A DNA stretch of 64,000 nt, taken from positions 61,924 to 125,923 of the forward strand of contig JAOZFN010000010.1 in assembly GCA_027492205.1 (NCBI GenBank). The letters are read 5' to 3'. Source of the stretch: Thermoproteota archaeon (lineage in GTDB: Archaea; Korarchaeota; Korarchaeia; Korarchaeales; Korarchaeaceae). Numbering within the stretch: position 1 is the stretch's first letter; every line of letters begins with the position of its first letter. The notes beneath the pieces were generated by a model. That model made no database searches. It was not told the origin of the DNA and saw only the letters and a list, made by a program, of their open reading frames with translations. Position numbers and translations under genes: made by a program. Positions 49,208-58,309 of this stretch are shown here, piece after piece.

Positions 49208-49534
49208 CGCGCGTCACCCCCGGTCTCGGCAACTCGAGTTCTCGGATAGATTGCGGCAATCGGTCTGGCTGGCAGCCTAACCGCTCAGCCTGGAGCGCTG
49301 ATCGTCCGGCGCGATCGAGGGGACCGAAGAAGGTTGCTGGGCGCGAATTCAAGAATTATATAAATATTACTCTAAACAGCTTTTCCAAAAAATCTCGCGG
49401 AGGCGCCCCGCCCGGCTTTGGGAGACGAGCACCCCGCGCCTCGCCCAGGGCGTTGGAGTTGATCTTTGAGAGCGCCGGTTCCCGCGAACCACACCTCTGT
49501 GGGCGACTCTCAATTGAGACAGGGGACTCACTGC

Positions 49535-50017
49535 TCACTCGATCAGTATCAGGCCGTAAGCGGCCCTCTCAGAGAAGTCGAACTCGAGCAGCGAGTCGAG
49601 CTCCAGCCCAACGGCACAGGTGGCCGGCCTGACCAGGTGGGGGGTCGGGCACTCACCCCCACCCCCTCCCTCCGCGGCGGGACACGGATCGCAGAGCCTG
49701 CAGGGCCCCGGAAACAGGGCGAAGGCGTAGAGCTTTCCGCTGAGGGTGAACTCACGCTCCCTCTCGAGCAGCCACCTCTGGGCCTCGGCCTCAAATCTCT
49801 CCCTGGGCTCTCCTCCCTCCGGCTCGAACCTCACCACCAGGGCCCGACTGAAGTGGGAGGCCCACTCCCTCGCCTCCCTCCAGCTAGGAGAGGCGGGAGG
49901 GCAGGACGGGGATCTCCCGCGGAGTTCACACGCCAGGCACTTCCAGACCGGCCTGGGCGTGAACCTCAGGCCCCGGGCCTCGACCTCCCTCGCCCAGGTG
50001 ACCCTCAACCGACACAT
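49535..50017 (-). CDS. DUF2284 Cys-rich metal-binding protein
   Basis: KC..C......CPP, GPC.LC..C, C..P...RP...G. Confidence 0.8.
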   Translation of the reverse strand: MCRLRVTWAREVEARGLRFTPRPVWKCLACELRGRSPSCPPASPSWREAREWASHFSRALVVRFEPEGGEPRERFEAEAQRWLLEREREFTLSGKLYAFALFPGPCRLCDPCPAAEGGGGGECPTPHLVRPATCAVGLELDSLLEFDFSERAAYGLILIE

Positions 50018-50071
50018 CACCCACTTGACCCCGGGGCGTCCGCCTATATTCACCACCCACCGCGGCCGCCC

Positions 50072-50818
50072 GTGGACCAAGTCGCGCTCGGATTCCTCGG
50101 AAGCCTGGCGGCCGGGCTGATGACGGCGCTAGGCGCGCTCCCCGCCCTCCTGCTGCACGGAGAGGTGCCAGACAGGGTGATGGACGTGCTCTACGGCCTG
50201 GCGGCCGGGGTCATGCTTGCGGCCAGCGCGTTCAGCCTACTCGTGCCCGCCCTGGAGGCCGGCTCCGTCCAAGAGGTCACCGCGGGGTTCGTCCTCGGCG
50301 GCGCGCTGATCGAGGCCGGAGACAGGCTGATACCTCACGTCCACCCCGTGTACGGTGAGGAGGGTCCCCCGTCCAGGCTCCGGAGGGTCTGGCTCCTCGT
50401 GCTGGCGATGACGATCCACAACTTCCCGGAGGGCATGGCGGTGGGCGTGGCCTTCGGCTCGGGGGAGCTGGGTAGGGCTACGGCGCTGGCGACGGCCATA
50501 GGCATACAGAACGTGCCTGAGGGGCTGGCCGTCTCCGCCCCGCTGGTCAGAGAGGGTTACGGGGGCCTGAGGGCCACGGTGTACGGGGCGCTGACGGGGC
50601 TGGTGGAGCCGGTGGGCGGGCTCATCGGGGCCCTAGCCGTCACCCGCGCGTCTGCCGTGCTGCCGATGGCGATGGGGCTCGCGGCAGGAGCCATGATATT
50701 CGTCGTGAGCGACGAGATGATACCGGAGAGCCACAGGAAGGGGCACGAGAGGTGGGCCACCGCCGGTGTGATACTGGGCTTCGCCCTCATGATGTTCTTG
50801 GACAGCGCATTCGGCTGA
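50072..50818 (+). CDS. ZIP-family (GufA/ZupT) metal transporter
   Basis: HNFPEG, QNVPEG, EMIPESH; GTG at 50072. Confidence 0.93.
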   Translation: MDQVALGFLGSLAAGLMTALGALPALLLHGEVPDRVMDVLYGLAAGVMLAASAFSLLVPALEAGSVQEVTAGFVLGGALIEAGDRLIPHVHPVYGEEGPPSRLRRVWLLVLAMTIHNFPEGMAVGVAFGSGELGRATALATAIGIQNVPEGLAVSAPLVREGYGGLRATVYGALTGLVEPVGGLIGALAVTRASAVLPMAMGLAAGAMIFVVSDEMIPESHRKGHERWATAGVILGFALMMFLDSAFG

Positions 50819-50938
50819 CGGTCGGAAAGAGGACCTGACCCCGCCGGCCACGCCTCGCCGCCCGCCCACATGCCTCGCGCAGGCCGCCTCTCACCAGACT
50901 CTCAAAGAGCCTCCGGGCATATGCCCAATGACCTCGCC

Positions 50939-51352
50939 CTAGCCCAGAGAGCGGGGGTCTATCCTAGACACGCTCGGCACCGTATCGTAGGCCTCATCCA
51001 CCGAGATTATCTTCCCGTCGAAGAGGATCGCCGAGGCGCAGTGGAGAGAGTCGAAGTACGTGAGCCCGTGCCTCTCCCTCAGCTCCGAGGCGAGGGCGAC
51101 GGTCTCAGTCGTCAGCGGCTGCTCCCCCAGGTTCCTGATCCTCGTAAAAGCCCTCAGATCCCCTCTGACCTCGGCCTCGGCCACGCCCCTTGACCTGAGG
51201 AGGAGCTCGTACTCCAGCAAGGCGGACACCGCGATCCTGACGCTCCTGAGCCGCCCCTCTCTCAGGGCCCGAAAGAGCCTGTCCGCCGCCTCGTGAAGGG
51301 GGTCTGAGGAGTTAACCAGGGCTATCATCATGTCCAGCTCCACCACCGGCAA
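50939..51352 (-). CDS. vapC: PIN-domain toxin
   Basis: ELD, E, FDSLHCA, SVD..YD acidic set. Confidence 0.88.
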   Translation of the reverse strand: MPVVELDMMIALVNSSDPLHEAADRLFRALREGRLRSVRIAVSALLEYELLLRSRGVAEAEVRGDLRAFTRIRNLGEQPLTTETVALASELRERHGLTYFDSLHCASAILFDGKIISVDEAYDTVPSVSRIDPRSLG

Positions 51353-51596
51353 TGGCTTCCCCCTCCAGCAGCCTGTCCGCCTCTCCCTCCAGCCTCTCGT
51401 AGGTCAGCTCCGGATTTCTGTACTTCCCCCTCAGCCTCTCGTACGGGTCCCTCTCCACCCTGACGACAATCTCCCCGCCCTTCTTCACCTCCCAGAGCAG
51501 GAGGTCCCCCTCCTCAATGCCGACCGCCCTACGGACGGCGGAGGGTACGGTCGTCAGCCCCTTCCTGCTGACCCTGCTCACTGCCACGGTCATCAT
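51312..51596 (-). CDS. vapB: AbrB/MazE-type antitoxin
   Basis: VSRKGLTTVP..VR...GI.EGD; overlaps vapC. Confidence 0.88.
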   Translation of the reverse strand: MMTVAVSRVSRKGLTTVPSAVRRAVGIEEGDLLLWEVKKGGEIVVRVERDPYERLRGKYRNPELTYERLEGEADRLLEGEAIAGGGAGHDDSPG

Positions 51597-51607
51597 AGTT
51601 ACCAGTC

Positions 51608-51653
51608 TGTCTTAGAAATAATAGATTACTATGAAAAATTCGACTCTAAGACA
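51608..51653. promoter_or_regulatory. 9-bp inverted repeat bracketing the vapBC promoter
   Basis: TGTCTTAGA (51608-51616) and TCTAAGACA (51645-51653) around an AT-rich spacer. Confidence 0.55.
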
Positions 51654-51778
51654 TACGCAGGGGCCGGGCAACCCCTCGCGTCCATCCCCGGGTGCCCCAC
51701 GCAGGAATGCGAGGAGCCCACCTGTCCGCGGTAGGTGTCTCTCCTGGTGGACGCTATCAGATCGCCTGATCGGGCCGG

Positions 51779-52333
51779 TCAGAGGGTGCGCTCCTCCCTC
51801 CAGACGTTCCCCCTCGGGTGGTAGCCCCTGTCCTCCCAGAACCCACCCGGGTAGCCCTTGGTGAACTCCACCCTCGTCAGCCACTTGGCGCTCTTCCAGG
51901 CGTACAGGTGCGGGATGATCGGCCTCGCCGGGAACCCCATCTCCTCCGGGAGGGGCCTGCCGTTCACCTCGAGGGCCACGATGGCGTCCTCGACCAGCGC
52001 GTCCTCCAGGGGGACGGACGTGTCGTACCCGTCCAGGCTCACGAACCTGACCCAGCGGGCCTCGGGCCTCACGCCAGCCATCTCGGCCAGCCTCGCGATC
52101 CTGACGCCCCTCCACCTGACCTCCCTAACGCTCCACCCGGTGACGCAGTGAAAGTCCCTGACGATCTCCACCTGCTCGAGGGACCTGAGCTCCCTGTAGC
52201 TGAGTGACAGCTCTCTCTCCACAAGCCCGGTCACGGTCAGCCTCCACTCCTCCAGGTTCACGCTGGGCCTCCCGAGCGCCGAGTACTCGATGAAGTCGCC
52301 GACCCACCTCTGTCCGGGCGGAAGTTCCGGCAC
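51779..52333 (-). CDS. Sulfite-oxidase-like molybdopterin oxidoreductase (YuiH/MsrP-like)
   Basis: LPPGQ, DFHCVTGWS, YAWKSAKW, GFWE.RGYH. Confidence 0.92.
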   Translation of the reverse strand: MPELPPGQRWVGDFIEYSALGRPSVNLEEWRLTVTGLVERELSLSYRELRSLEQVEIVRDFHCVTGWSVREVRWRGVRIARLAEMAGVRPEARWVRFVSLDGYDTSVPLEDALVEDAIVALEVNGRPLPEEMGFPARPIIPHLYAWKSAKWLTRVEFTKGYPGGFWEDRGYHPRGNVWREERTL

Positions 52334-52402
52334 GCGCCGCTCACTCCCTCGAGCCTAATATCCTAAATTCCATCAATACCCGACCCTCCACCCTCGATGG
52401 GG

Positions 52403-52987
52403 TCAAGGGGAGACCTCCCTCTCGGTGGAGGGGTCCACGGTCACGTACCTGTCGCTCCCCAGGTATAGGGTGGGCCTCACCCTGCCCAGGTCGACCGTCG
52501 CGTCCTCTCGAAGGGAGTCGGAGGCCAGGAGGGATCTCACCTCCCCCACGAACCACGTGTGATCTCCCCATACCCTGGAGTCCACCACTCGGCACTCGAG
52601 GGCGACGTAGGCCTCGTCGAGTATCGGCACCCCGAGTTCGGGGCCCCCGAACACCCCGATCCCGGCGGCCCTGAGCTTGTCCCACCTCTCCCTCAGCGAC
52701 ACCCTGCCGACGAAGTGTATCTTTTGGACCAGATCGAAGGGCAGGAAGTTCACTCCGAACACGCCCGTGCTCCTCACGTTGTCGTGGGTGGCCCTCTTGG
52801 GGCTGATTGAGACCCCGTAGAGGGGAGGCCTGTGGGAGATGGGAGAGTGCCAGGTGGCCGCCATGGCGTTGGGCTCACCCTCGGGGGACAGGGAGGTTAT
52901 TACCGCCGTCATCCTGGGGTTAACGGCTGCGAAGAACCTGCTCACGCCGATCCTCCGCATCACCATGGTTATCCTCGGGCCGGACAT
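52403..52987 (-). CDS. Flavin reductase-like FMN-binding protein
   Basis: NAM, PP, F.VN, LEC.V, GDH..FVGEV. Confidence 0.9.
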   Translation of the reverse strand: MSGPRITMVMRRIGVSRFFAAVNPRMTAVITSLSPEGEPNAMAATWHSPISHRPPLYGVSISPKRATHDNVRSTGVFGVNFLPFDLVQKIHFVGRVSLRERWDKLRAAGIGVFGGPELGVPILDEAYVALECRVVDSRVWGDHTWFVGEVRSLLASDSLREDATVDLGRVRPTLYLGSDRYVTVDPSTEREVSP

Positions 52988-53069
52988 AAACCCACCTGGT
53001 TGAGAATCGGCGAGGGCCCCGCCCCTTCAACCTCCCTTTAAAAGGAGGGACGCGCGGGGCCGCCCCGTA

Positions 53070-54530
53070 ATGGACCAGCGCAGGACGCCCCTGGTCGACT
53101 TCCTGAACGAGGAGGTCCAGACTTACTACAGGTGGTGCACCCCCTCGGTCCTCCTCGAAGCCCCGCGGGTGGGGGACGTCTACGCCACGGACGTGAGCGC
53201 CTCCCTGTCGGTGAGGGGGACGCTGGCAGACAACTCCGGAATATTCGAGGAGGCTCACAGGCTTGCCGCGGAGGCCTACGGGGCGGATCACACCCTGTTC
53301 AGCGTCCACGGCTCCACGGGCAGCGTGTACGTCGTGCTGAGGTACCTGAGCCTTATGTACGGTACGCCGCTGATCCTGGCGAGCAGGAACATACACATCA
53401 GCGTCCAGAACGCCTGCGAGGACTTTGGGGTGAGGTACAGGTTCATCAGGAGCCACTACGACCCTGAGTTCGACGCCTTCGTCCCGCCGAAGCCGGAGGA
53501 GGTCGTGGAGGCCCTCGAGAGGTATCCGGAGGCTAACGCGGTGCTCCTCTCCAACCCCACGTACGAGGGCCTGTCCTGCCGCCTGAGGGAGACGGTGGAG
53601 GCGATCAGGGGAGTCAGCGAGGACGTCCTCGTGATAGTCGACGAGGCCTGGGGGGCGCACTTCAGGTTCAGCGACAGGCTCCCGGAGACCGCGATGGAGG
53701 CGGGGGCGGACATCAGCATTCAGAGCACCCACAAGCAGGGCGGATCGCTCCAGCAGACCGGCATGATACACTGGAGGGACGAGCGGGTCGACTACGACGT
53801 CATGTGGGAGGCCTACCGGGGCTACGTCACCACGAGCCCCTCTTACCACCTGATGGCCTCGCTGGACGCCGCTAGGGCCCACATGGTGGAGAGGGGGGGC
53901 GAGGAGATCGACAGGCTGATACGCCTCTCCGAGAGGTTCAGGGGGATGCTGAGGGAGAGGCTGCCGAGGCTGGGCGTCCTCGACTCCGACTACCTCGAGA
54001 GGTGGTCTGAGCACGTCGGGGGGATCGACCTGACCAAGACCCTCCTCTCCCTCACCTCCTACCGGGTTACGGGGTTCTGGCTGGACGAGGAGCTGCAGAG
54101 GAGGTTCAGGGTCGTCCCCGAGACCGCCAACTACAACTCGCTCTTGTTCATAGCCACGTTTCAGCTGCCCGAGGACGCTGTTGAGATGACCGTGGACGCC
54201 CTCGGAAGCCTGCTCGCCGGGGCCGAGGTACCTGGCGGGAAGAGGCTCCTGACCCCGCCCCTCATGGACAGGCCCCCGAAGATAGAGCCCTACCTTCTGA
54301 GGAGGATGCCGAAGAAGCTGATCACTCAGAAGATACCGATCGACCTGGCGGTCGGCATGATCTCGGCGGAGACCGTAGTCACCTACCCCCCCGGCGTGCC
54401 CATACTCATCAAGGGACACAGGATCGAGAGGGAGGCGGTCGAGTACCTGAAGGCGGTGAGGGACGCTGGCGGGCTGCTGATAGCCAGGGACCCCACCCTC
54501 AGGGAGGTGGAGGTCCTCAAGTTCCCCTGA
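53070..54530 (+). CDS. Orn/Lys/Arg-family PLP-dependent decarboxylase (wingless)
   Basis: GST, RN.H.S, PTYEG, VDEAWGAH, QSTHK, TTSPSY, YPPG.P. Confidence 0.9.
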   Translation: MDQRRTPLVDFLNEEVQTYYRWCTPSVLLEAPRVGDVYATDVSASLSVRGTLADNSGIFEEAHRLAAEAYGADHTLFSVHGSTGSVYVVLRYLSLMYGTPLILASRNIHISVQNACEDFGVRYRFIRSHYDPEFDAFVPPKPEEVVEALERYPEANAVLLSNPTYEGLSCRLRETVEAIRGVSEDVLVIVDEAWGAHFRFSDRLPETAMEAGADISIQSTHKQGGSLQQTGMIHWRDERVDYDVMWEAYRGYVTTSPSYHLMASLDAARAHMVERGGEEIDRLIRLSERFRGMLRERLPRLGVLDSDYLERWSEHVGGIDLTKTLLSLTSYRVTGFWLDEELQRRFRVVPETANYNSLLFIATFQLPEDAVEMTVDALGSLLAGAEVPGGKRLLTPPLMDRPPKIEPYLLRRMPKKLITQKIPIDLAVGMISAETVVTYPPGVPILIKGHRIEREAVEYLKAVRDAGGLLIARDPTLREVEVLKFP

Positions 54531-54550
54531 TCTCAGCCTAGGCCGGGAGA

Positions 54551-56626
54551 TCAAAGGCTCGGGCGCCAGCGGAGCCTCAGCAGGAGCGCGTTGGCCACCA
54601 CTATGATGGAGCTGGCCGACATCACGAGGGCAGAGATCTCCGGCGGTATCAGTATCCCGTACCGGCCGTAGAGGGCTCCGGCCGCCAGGGGAATTGCCAC
54701 GGCGTTGTAGCCGGTGGCCCAGAACAGGTTCTGGACCATCTTGGAGTAGGCCGCCTGGGAGAGCTCGAAGAGCCTGACCACGTCCAGAGGGTCGCTCCTA
54801 ACCAGCACCACATCCGCGGACTCCATGGCGACGTTCGTGCCCGCTCCTATGGCCACGCCCACGTTGGCCCTGGCCAGCGCGGGCGCGTCGTTTATGCCGT
54901 CGCCTACCATCACGACGACCTCTCCGGCCTCCTGGAGCCGGGCTATCGCTCTCTCCTTGTCCTCCGGCATGACCTCCGCCACGAACCTCTCTATGCCAAG
55001 CTCCTGGGCTATGGCCTCGGCCGTGGCCTCGTTGTCGCCCGTGAGCATCACCACCGAGAGGCCCATCCTCAGGAGCCTCTGGACGGCCTTCCTCGCCTCT
55101 GGCCTGGGCGTGTCCGCGACGGATATCACGCCGAGGAGCCTTCCCTCCGAGGCCACGCAGGTTACGGTCCTGCCCCTGGACGCCTCCTCAGCTATGGCGT
55201 CCTCCAGCTCGGAGACGTCGACCCCGTACTCACTCACGAACCCAACGCTGCCGACGAGGATCTCCCTGCCGTCCACCGTTGCCACTGCCCCCCTCCCCGG
55301 CACGGCCCTGAACCCGTCGGCTGGCCTGGGCGAGCCGCCCGCCGCCTCCACTATCGCCTTGGCTATCGGGTGCTCTGAGCTGGCCTCCACGGAGGCCGCG
55401 AGGACCAGGAGCTCGTCCTCCCCAACCCCGCGGGCGGGCCTGACGGAAACCACCCTGGGCCTGCCCTCTGTCAGGGTCCCGGTCTTGTCGAACACCACCG
55501 TTGTGGCCGTCCTGAGCCGCTCGAAGACCCCGGCGTCCTTCACGAGGATGCCCATCCTCGCCGCCAGGCCGGTCGCGAGCGTGGTCACGACGGGCATCGC
55601 CAGGCCCAGCGCGTGGGGGCACGTGATCACCATGACCGAGATCGCCAGGGACAGGGCGAACACTCCCCCAGCCCCCTGCGCGAGCGCCCAGTACGAGTAG
55701 GTCGCCAGGGCCGCCACCACGGCTATTATCGTCAGGTAGTGGGCAGCCCTGTCCGCGAGCCTCTGGAGACTGGGCTTGCTCTCCTCGGCCTCCCTCACGA
55801 GCCTCACGATCTGGGCGAACGCCGTGTCCTCCCCGACCCTGACCGCCCTCACCTTCACGGCCCCGTGGGCGTTTATGGTCCCGGCGGCGACCTCGTCGCC
55901 CCGGCCCTTCCTGACCGGCCTGGACTCGCCGGTGAGCATGCTCTCGTCCGCGTAGGTCTCTCCCTCGACGACGACGCCGTCCACCGGGAAGGACTCCCCG
56001 GGCCTGACCAGCACTATGTCCCCGACCCTGACCTCCTCCGCCGGGATCTCTAAGATCCCCCCGTCCCTCACCACCCTGGCGGTGACGGGCGTCATCTCCA
56101 TCAGGGCGTCCAGGGCCGTCCTGGTGCGCCTGAACGCCTTCATCTCCATCCAGTGCCCGAACAGCAGGAAGACTGTGAGCGTGGTGACGGCCTCAAAAAA
56201 ATCGTCCCCCCCGAAGACGAACGTGGCCCCGACGCTGTAGACGTACCCGGAGAGGAGGGCCAGGCTCACGAGCACGTTCATCCCCAGCAGGCCCCTCTTC
56301 AGGGTGGAGTAGGCCCCCCTGAAGAACGGCCATCCGCCGTAGAAGACGACCACCGTCGACAGCGCGAAGATCAGGTACTCCATCCCCGGGATCTCGGGGA
56401 GCCTCAGCCCCAGAAGGCGGGCGAACCTAGAGTACAGGAAGACGGGAGTGGTTAGCACTAAGGAGACGAGGAACCTTTTCCTCATGTCGCGCTCCATGGC
56501 CCCGTGGTCGTGTCCGGCGTGCGCACTCCGCCTAGAGGAGATCCTCGCTGCGTGAGTCCCTCCGTGGCCGTGGCTCACGGGGCCAGCGTGACCCCCTTCG
56601 GACGAACCTTCCGCCATAACCATCAT
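54551..56626 (-). CDS. copB: Copper-exporting P1B-3 ATPase
   Basis: His-rich N-terminus, TGES, CPH, DKTGT, SEHP, GDGINDAP, YN and MSASS motifs. Confidence 0.92.
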   Translation of the reverse strand: MMVMAEGSSEGGHAGPVSHGHGGTHAARISSRRSAHAGHDHGAMERDMRKRFLVSLVLTTPVFLYSRFARLLGLRLPEIPGMEYLIFALSTVVVFYGGWPFFRGAYSTLKRGLLGMNVLVSLALLSGYVYSVGATFVFGGDDFFEAVTTLTVFLLFGHWMEMKAFRRTRTALDALMEMTPVTARVVRDGGILEIPAEEVRVGDIVLVRPGESFPVDGVVVEGETYADESMLTGESRPVRKGRGDEVAAGTINAHGAVKVRAVRVGEDTAFAQIVRLVREAEESKPSLQRLADRAAHYLTIIAVVAALATYSYWALAQGAGGVFALSLAISVMVITCPHALGLAMPVVTTLATGLAARMGILVKDAGVFERLRTATTVVFDKTGTLTEGRPRVVSVRPARGVGEDELLVLAASVEASSEHPIAKAIVEAAGGSPRPADGFRAVPGRGAVATVDGREILVGSVGFVSEYGVDVSELEDAIAEEASRGRTVTCVASEGRLLGVISVADTPRPEARKAVQRLLRMGLSVVMLTGDNEATAEAIAQELGIERFVAEVMPEDKERAIARLQEAGEVVVMVGDGINDAPALARANVGVAIGAGTNVAMESADVVLVRSDPLDVVRLFELSQAAYSKMVQNLFWATGYNAVAIPLAAGALYGRYGILIPPEISALVMSASSIIVVANALLLRLRWRPSL

Positions 56627-56814
56627 ATCATGAGTTAATACATCAAATATAAACATATAAGCCGGACCGCAGACACGATGATGAGACGAACGCAGTGGAA
56701 GCACACGAAGGTCCCGCCATCGTGGACGTGAACGCGGGAGGCTGGGATTCTCGAATTGTCGGACATCCTGCCATCCGTCAATGTTTAAATACAATATATC
56801 TGGAATAGACTTAG

Positions 56815-57561
56815 ATGAGCGATATGAACTCGAGGGTGGCAGGCGCGGCCTTGCTGGTAGGGGCCGCCGTCGGATTGACCGCGCTCTACTGGACAATGCC
56901 GCTTGTGTCCTACAGGGGGTCTACGACACGCTGGTACCCCCCGCTCCACTGGACCGGCGGACCCGCCTACTCCCCCATGGTCGGTTCAGGCCCGGCGATG
57001 GGACACGGGTGGTCGAGGCCGGGCGGGCCCCCCGCAGGAGCCTACGTGAATCGGCCCACGACTGAGATGGACGACGCCGTCAGCGCGTTTGAGGAGTACG
57101 TCTCAACCTATCTGGGGGACGGTTACGCCCTGCGGGAAGTGATGGAGTTTCAGAACAACTTCTACGCGGTCGTCGTGGAGAGAGACACAGGCATGGGAGC
57201 GCTCGAGCTCCTCCTGTGGAAGGATGGCGGGAGGATAGCCCCAGAGCCCGGGCCGAACATGATGTGGAACCTGAAGTACGGCATGCGCCCCGCGTACGCC
57301 AGGGAATACTCGGCTAGCGTGGGCCCCGAGCGGGCGTCGGAGATCGCCGTGGGCGCCTTGGGGGAGGCGTTCCCGGGAGCCGAGGTTGAAGTTGAGGAGC
57401 CGATACCGTTCTACGGGTACTACACTATGGACTACAAGCTGGGCGGGGAGATGTACGGGATGCTGAGCGTGAACTCCCTAACGGGGGAGGCCTGGTTCCA
57501 CACCTGGCACGGCGGCTTCGTTCAGGAGGTCGAGCTGGGTCCCGGGGAGGGTGAGCACTGA
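56815..57561 (+). CDS. Secreted Met/Gly/His-rich PepSY-like protein
   Basis: N-terminal TM; EVMEF.NNFY, EPGPNMMWN.KYG, FYGYYT, GMLSVN..TG..W.HTWHG. Confidence 0.7.
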   Translation: MSDMNSRVAGAALLVGAAVGLTALYWTMPLVSYRGSTTRWYPPLHWTGGPAYSPMVGSGPAMGHGWSRPGGPPAGAYVNRPTTEMDDAVSAFEEYVSTYLGDGYALREVMEFQNNFYAVVVERDTGMGALELLLWKDGGRIAPEPGPNMMWNLKYGMRPAYAREYSASVGPERASEIAVGALGEAFPGAEVEVEEPIPFYGYYTMDYKLGGEMYGMLSVNSLTGEAWFHTWHGGFVQEVELGPGEGEH

Positions 57562-57722
57562 TGTGCCCGTGCTGGATTTGGGGATCAGGCGGAGGGTGGA
57601 TGTTGGGCCCCGGTTGGCTCGTGTGGTGGCTGCCCGGACTCCTCGTGGGGCTCGGCGTACTCGGGGCGATCCTGCTCCTCCTCGGCGGATCGCGTCGGCG
57701 GGCGGAGCGCGAAGTGTCTTAA
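57561..57722 (+). CDS. 53-aa membrane peptide with N-terminal CPC (absent from ORF track)
   Basis: ATG overlaps upstream TGA; MCPCWIWGSGGGWMLGPGWLVWWLPGLLVGLGVLGAILLLLGGSRRRAEREVS. Confidence 0.65.
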   Translation: MCPCWIWGSGGGWMLGPGWLVWWLPGLLVGLGVLGAILLLLGGSRRRAEREVS

Positions 57723-57745
57723 ATTGACATTGGGTGGCCGGGTGG

Positions 57746-58252
57746 ATGGACGAGGGGTTCAGGCCCAGGGGCCTCATAAGGACGCTGATACTCCTATCCC
57801 TCTACAGGGGGAAGAGGCACGGCTACGGCATCATGGAGGATGTAGAGAGGATCACCGGAAAGAAGCCCAGCGCCGGGGAGGTCTACCCCTTCCTGCAGAG
57901 GCTGGAGAGAGAGGGCTACGTTAGGGTTGAGAGGGACAGGACCGGCAGGAGGAAGCTGTACGAGCTCACCGAGGCGGGTCGCCTCCTGGTGGAGGACACG
58001 GTAGAGAGGATGTCTGGTATCATCGAGGCCATAGTGGAGTCCAAGCTGAGCGTCTGCGCAAATTGCGGGGTCAGGATCTACGAGGGCGGCGTGGAGGTGG
58101 AGGTTAAGGGACAGAGGCTGGTGTTCTGCTGCGAGCACTGCGCCGCCAACTACCTGACAAAGAGGGGGATAGTGAAGGCCGTCCTTCGCCCACTGGGAGG
58201 GCGGGGCGCCGGGCACGGGCAAGACCACGAGGGGCGCCAGCCCCAGGCCTGA
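57746..58252 (+). CDS. PadR-family regulator with C-terminal TRASH metal-binding domain
   Basis: HGYGIM, G.VYP.L.RLE..G, RKLYELT..G; CANC...FCCEHC. Confidence 0.9.
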   Translation: MDEGFRPRGLIRTLILLSLYRGKRHGYGIMEDVERITGKKPSAGEVYPFLQRLEREGYVRVERDRTGRRKLYELTEAGRLLVEDTVERMSGIIEAIVESKLSVCANCGVRIYEGGVEVEVKGQRLVFCCEHCAANYLTKRGIVKAVLRPLGGRGAGHGQDHEGRQPQA

Positions 58253-58309
58253 CATCGGCCTCCCCAGGATCCCTAATCCTTTTTGCCCGCCGCGGCTGGG
58301 GCGTGGTCG

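Noticed and set aside
49466-50071. 200-aa N-terminal extension on the ZIP transporter
   Set aside because: Overlaps the DUF2284 gene on the opposite strand; GTG 50072 is the sensible start
56676-56725. Possible C/D-box sRNA (ATGATGA)
   Set aside because: No canonical CTGA D box at the expected distance and no verifiable guide complementarity
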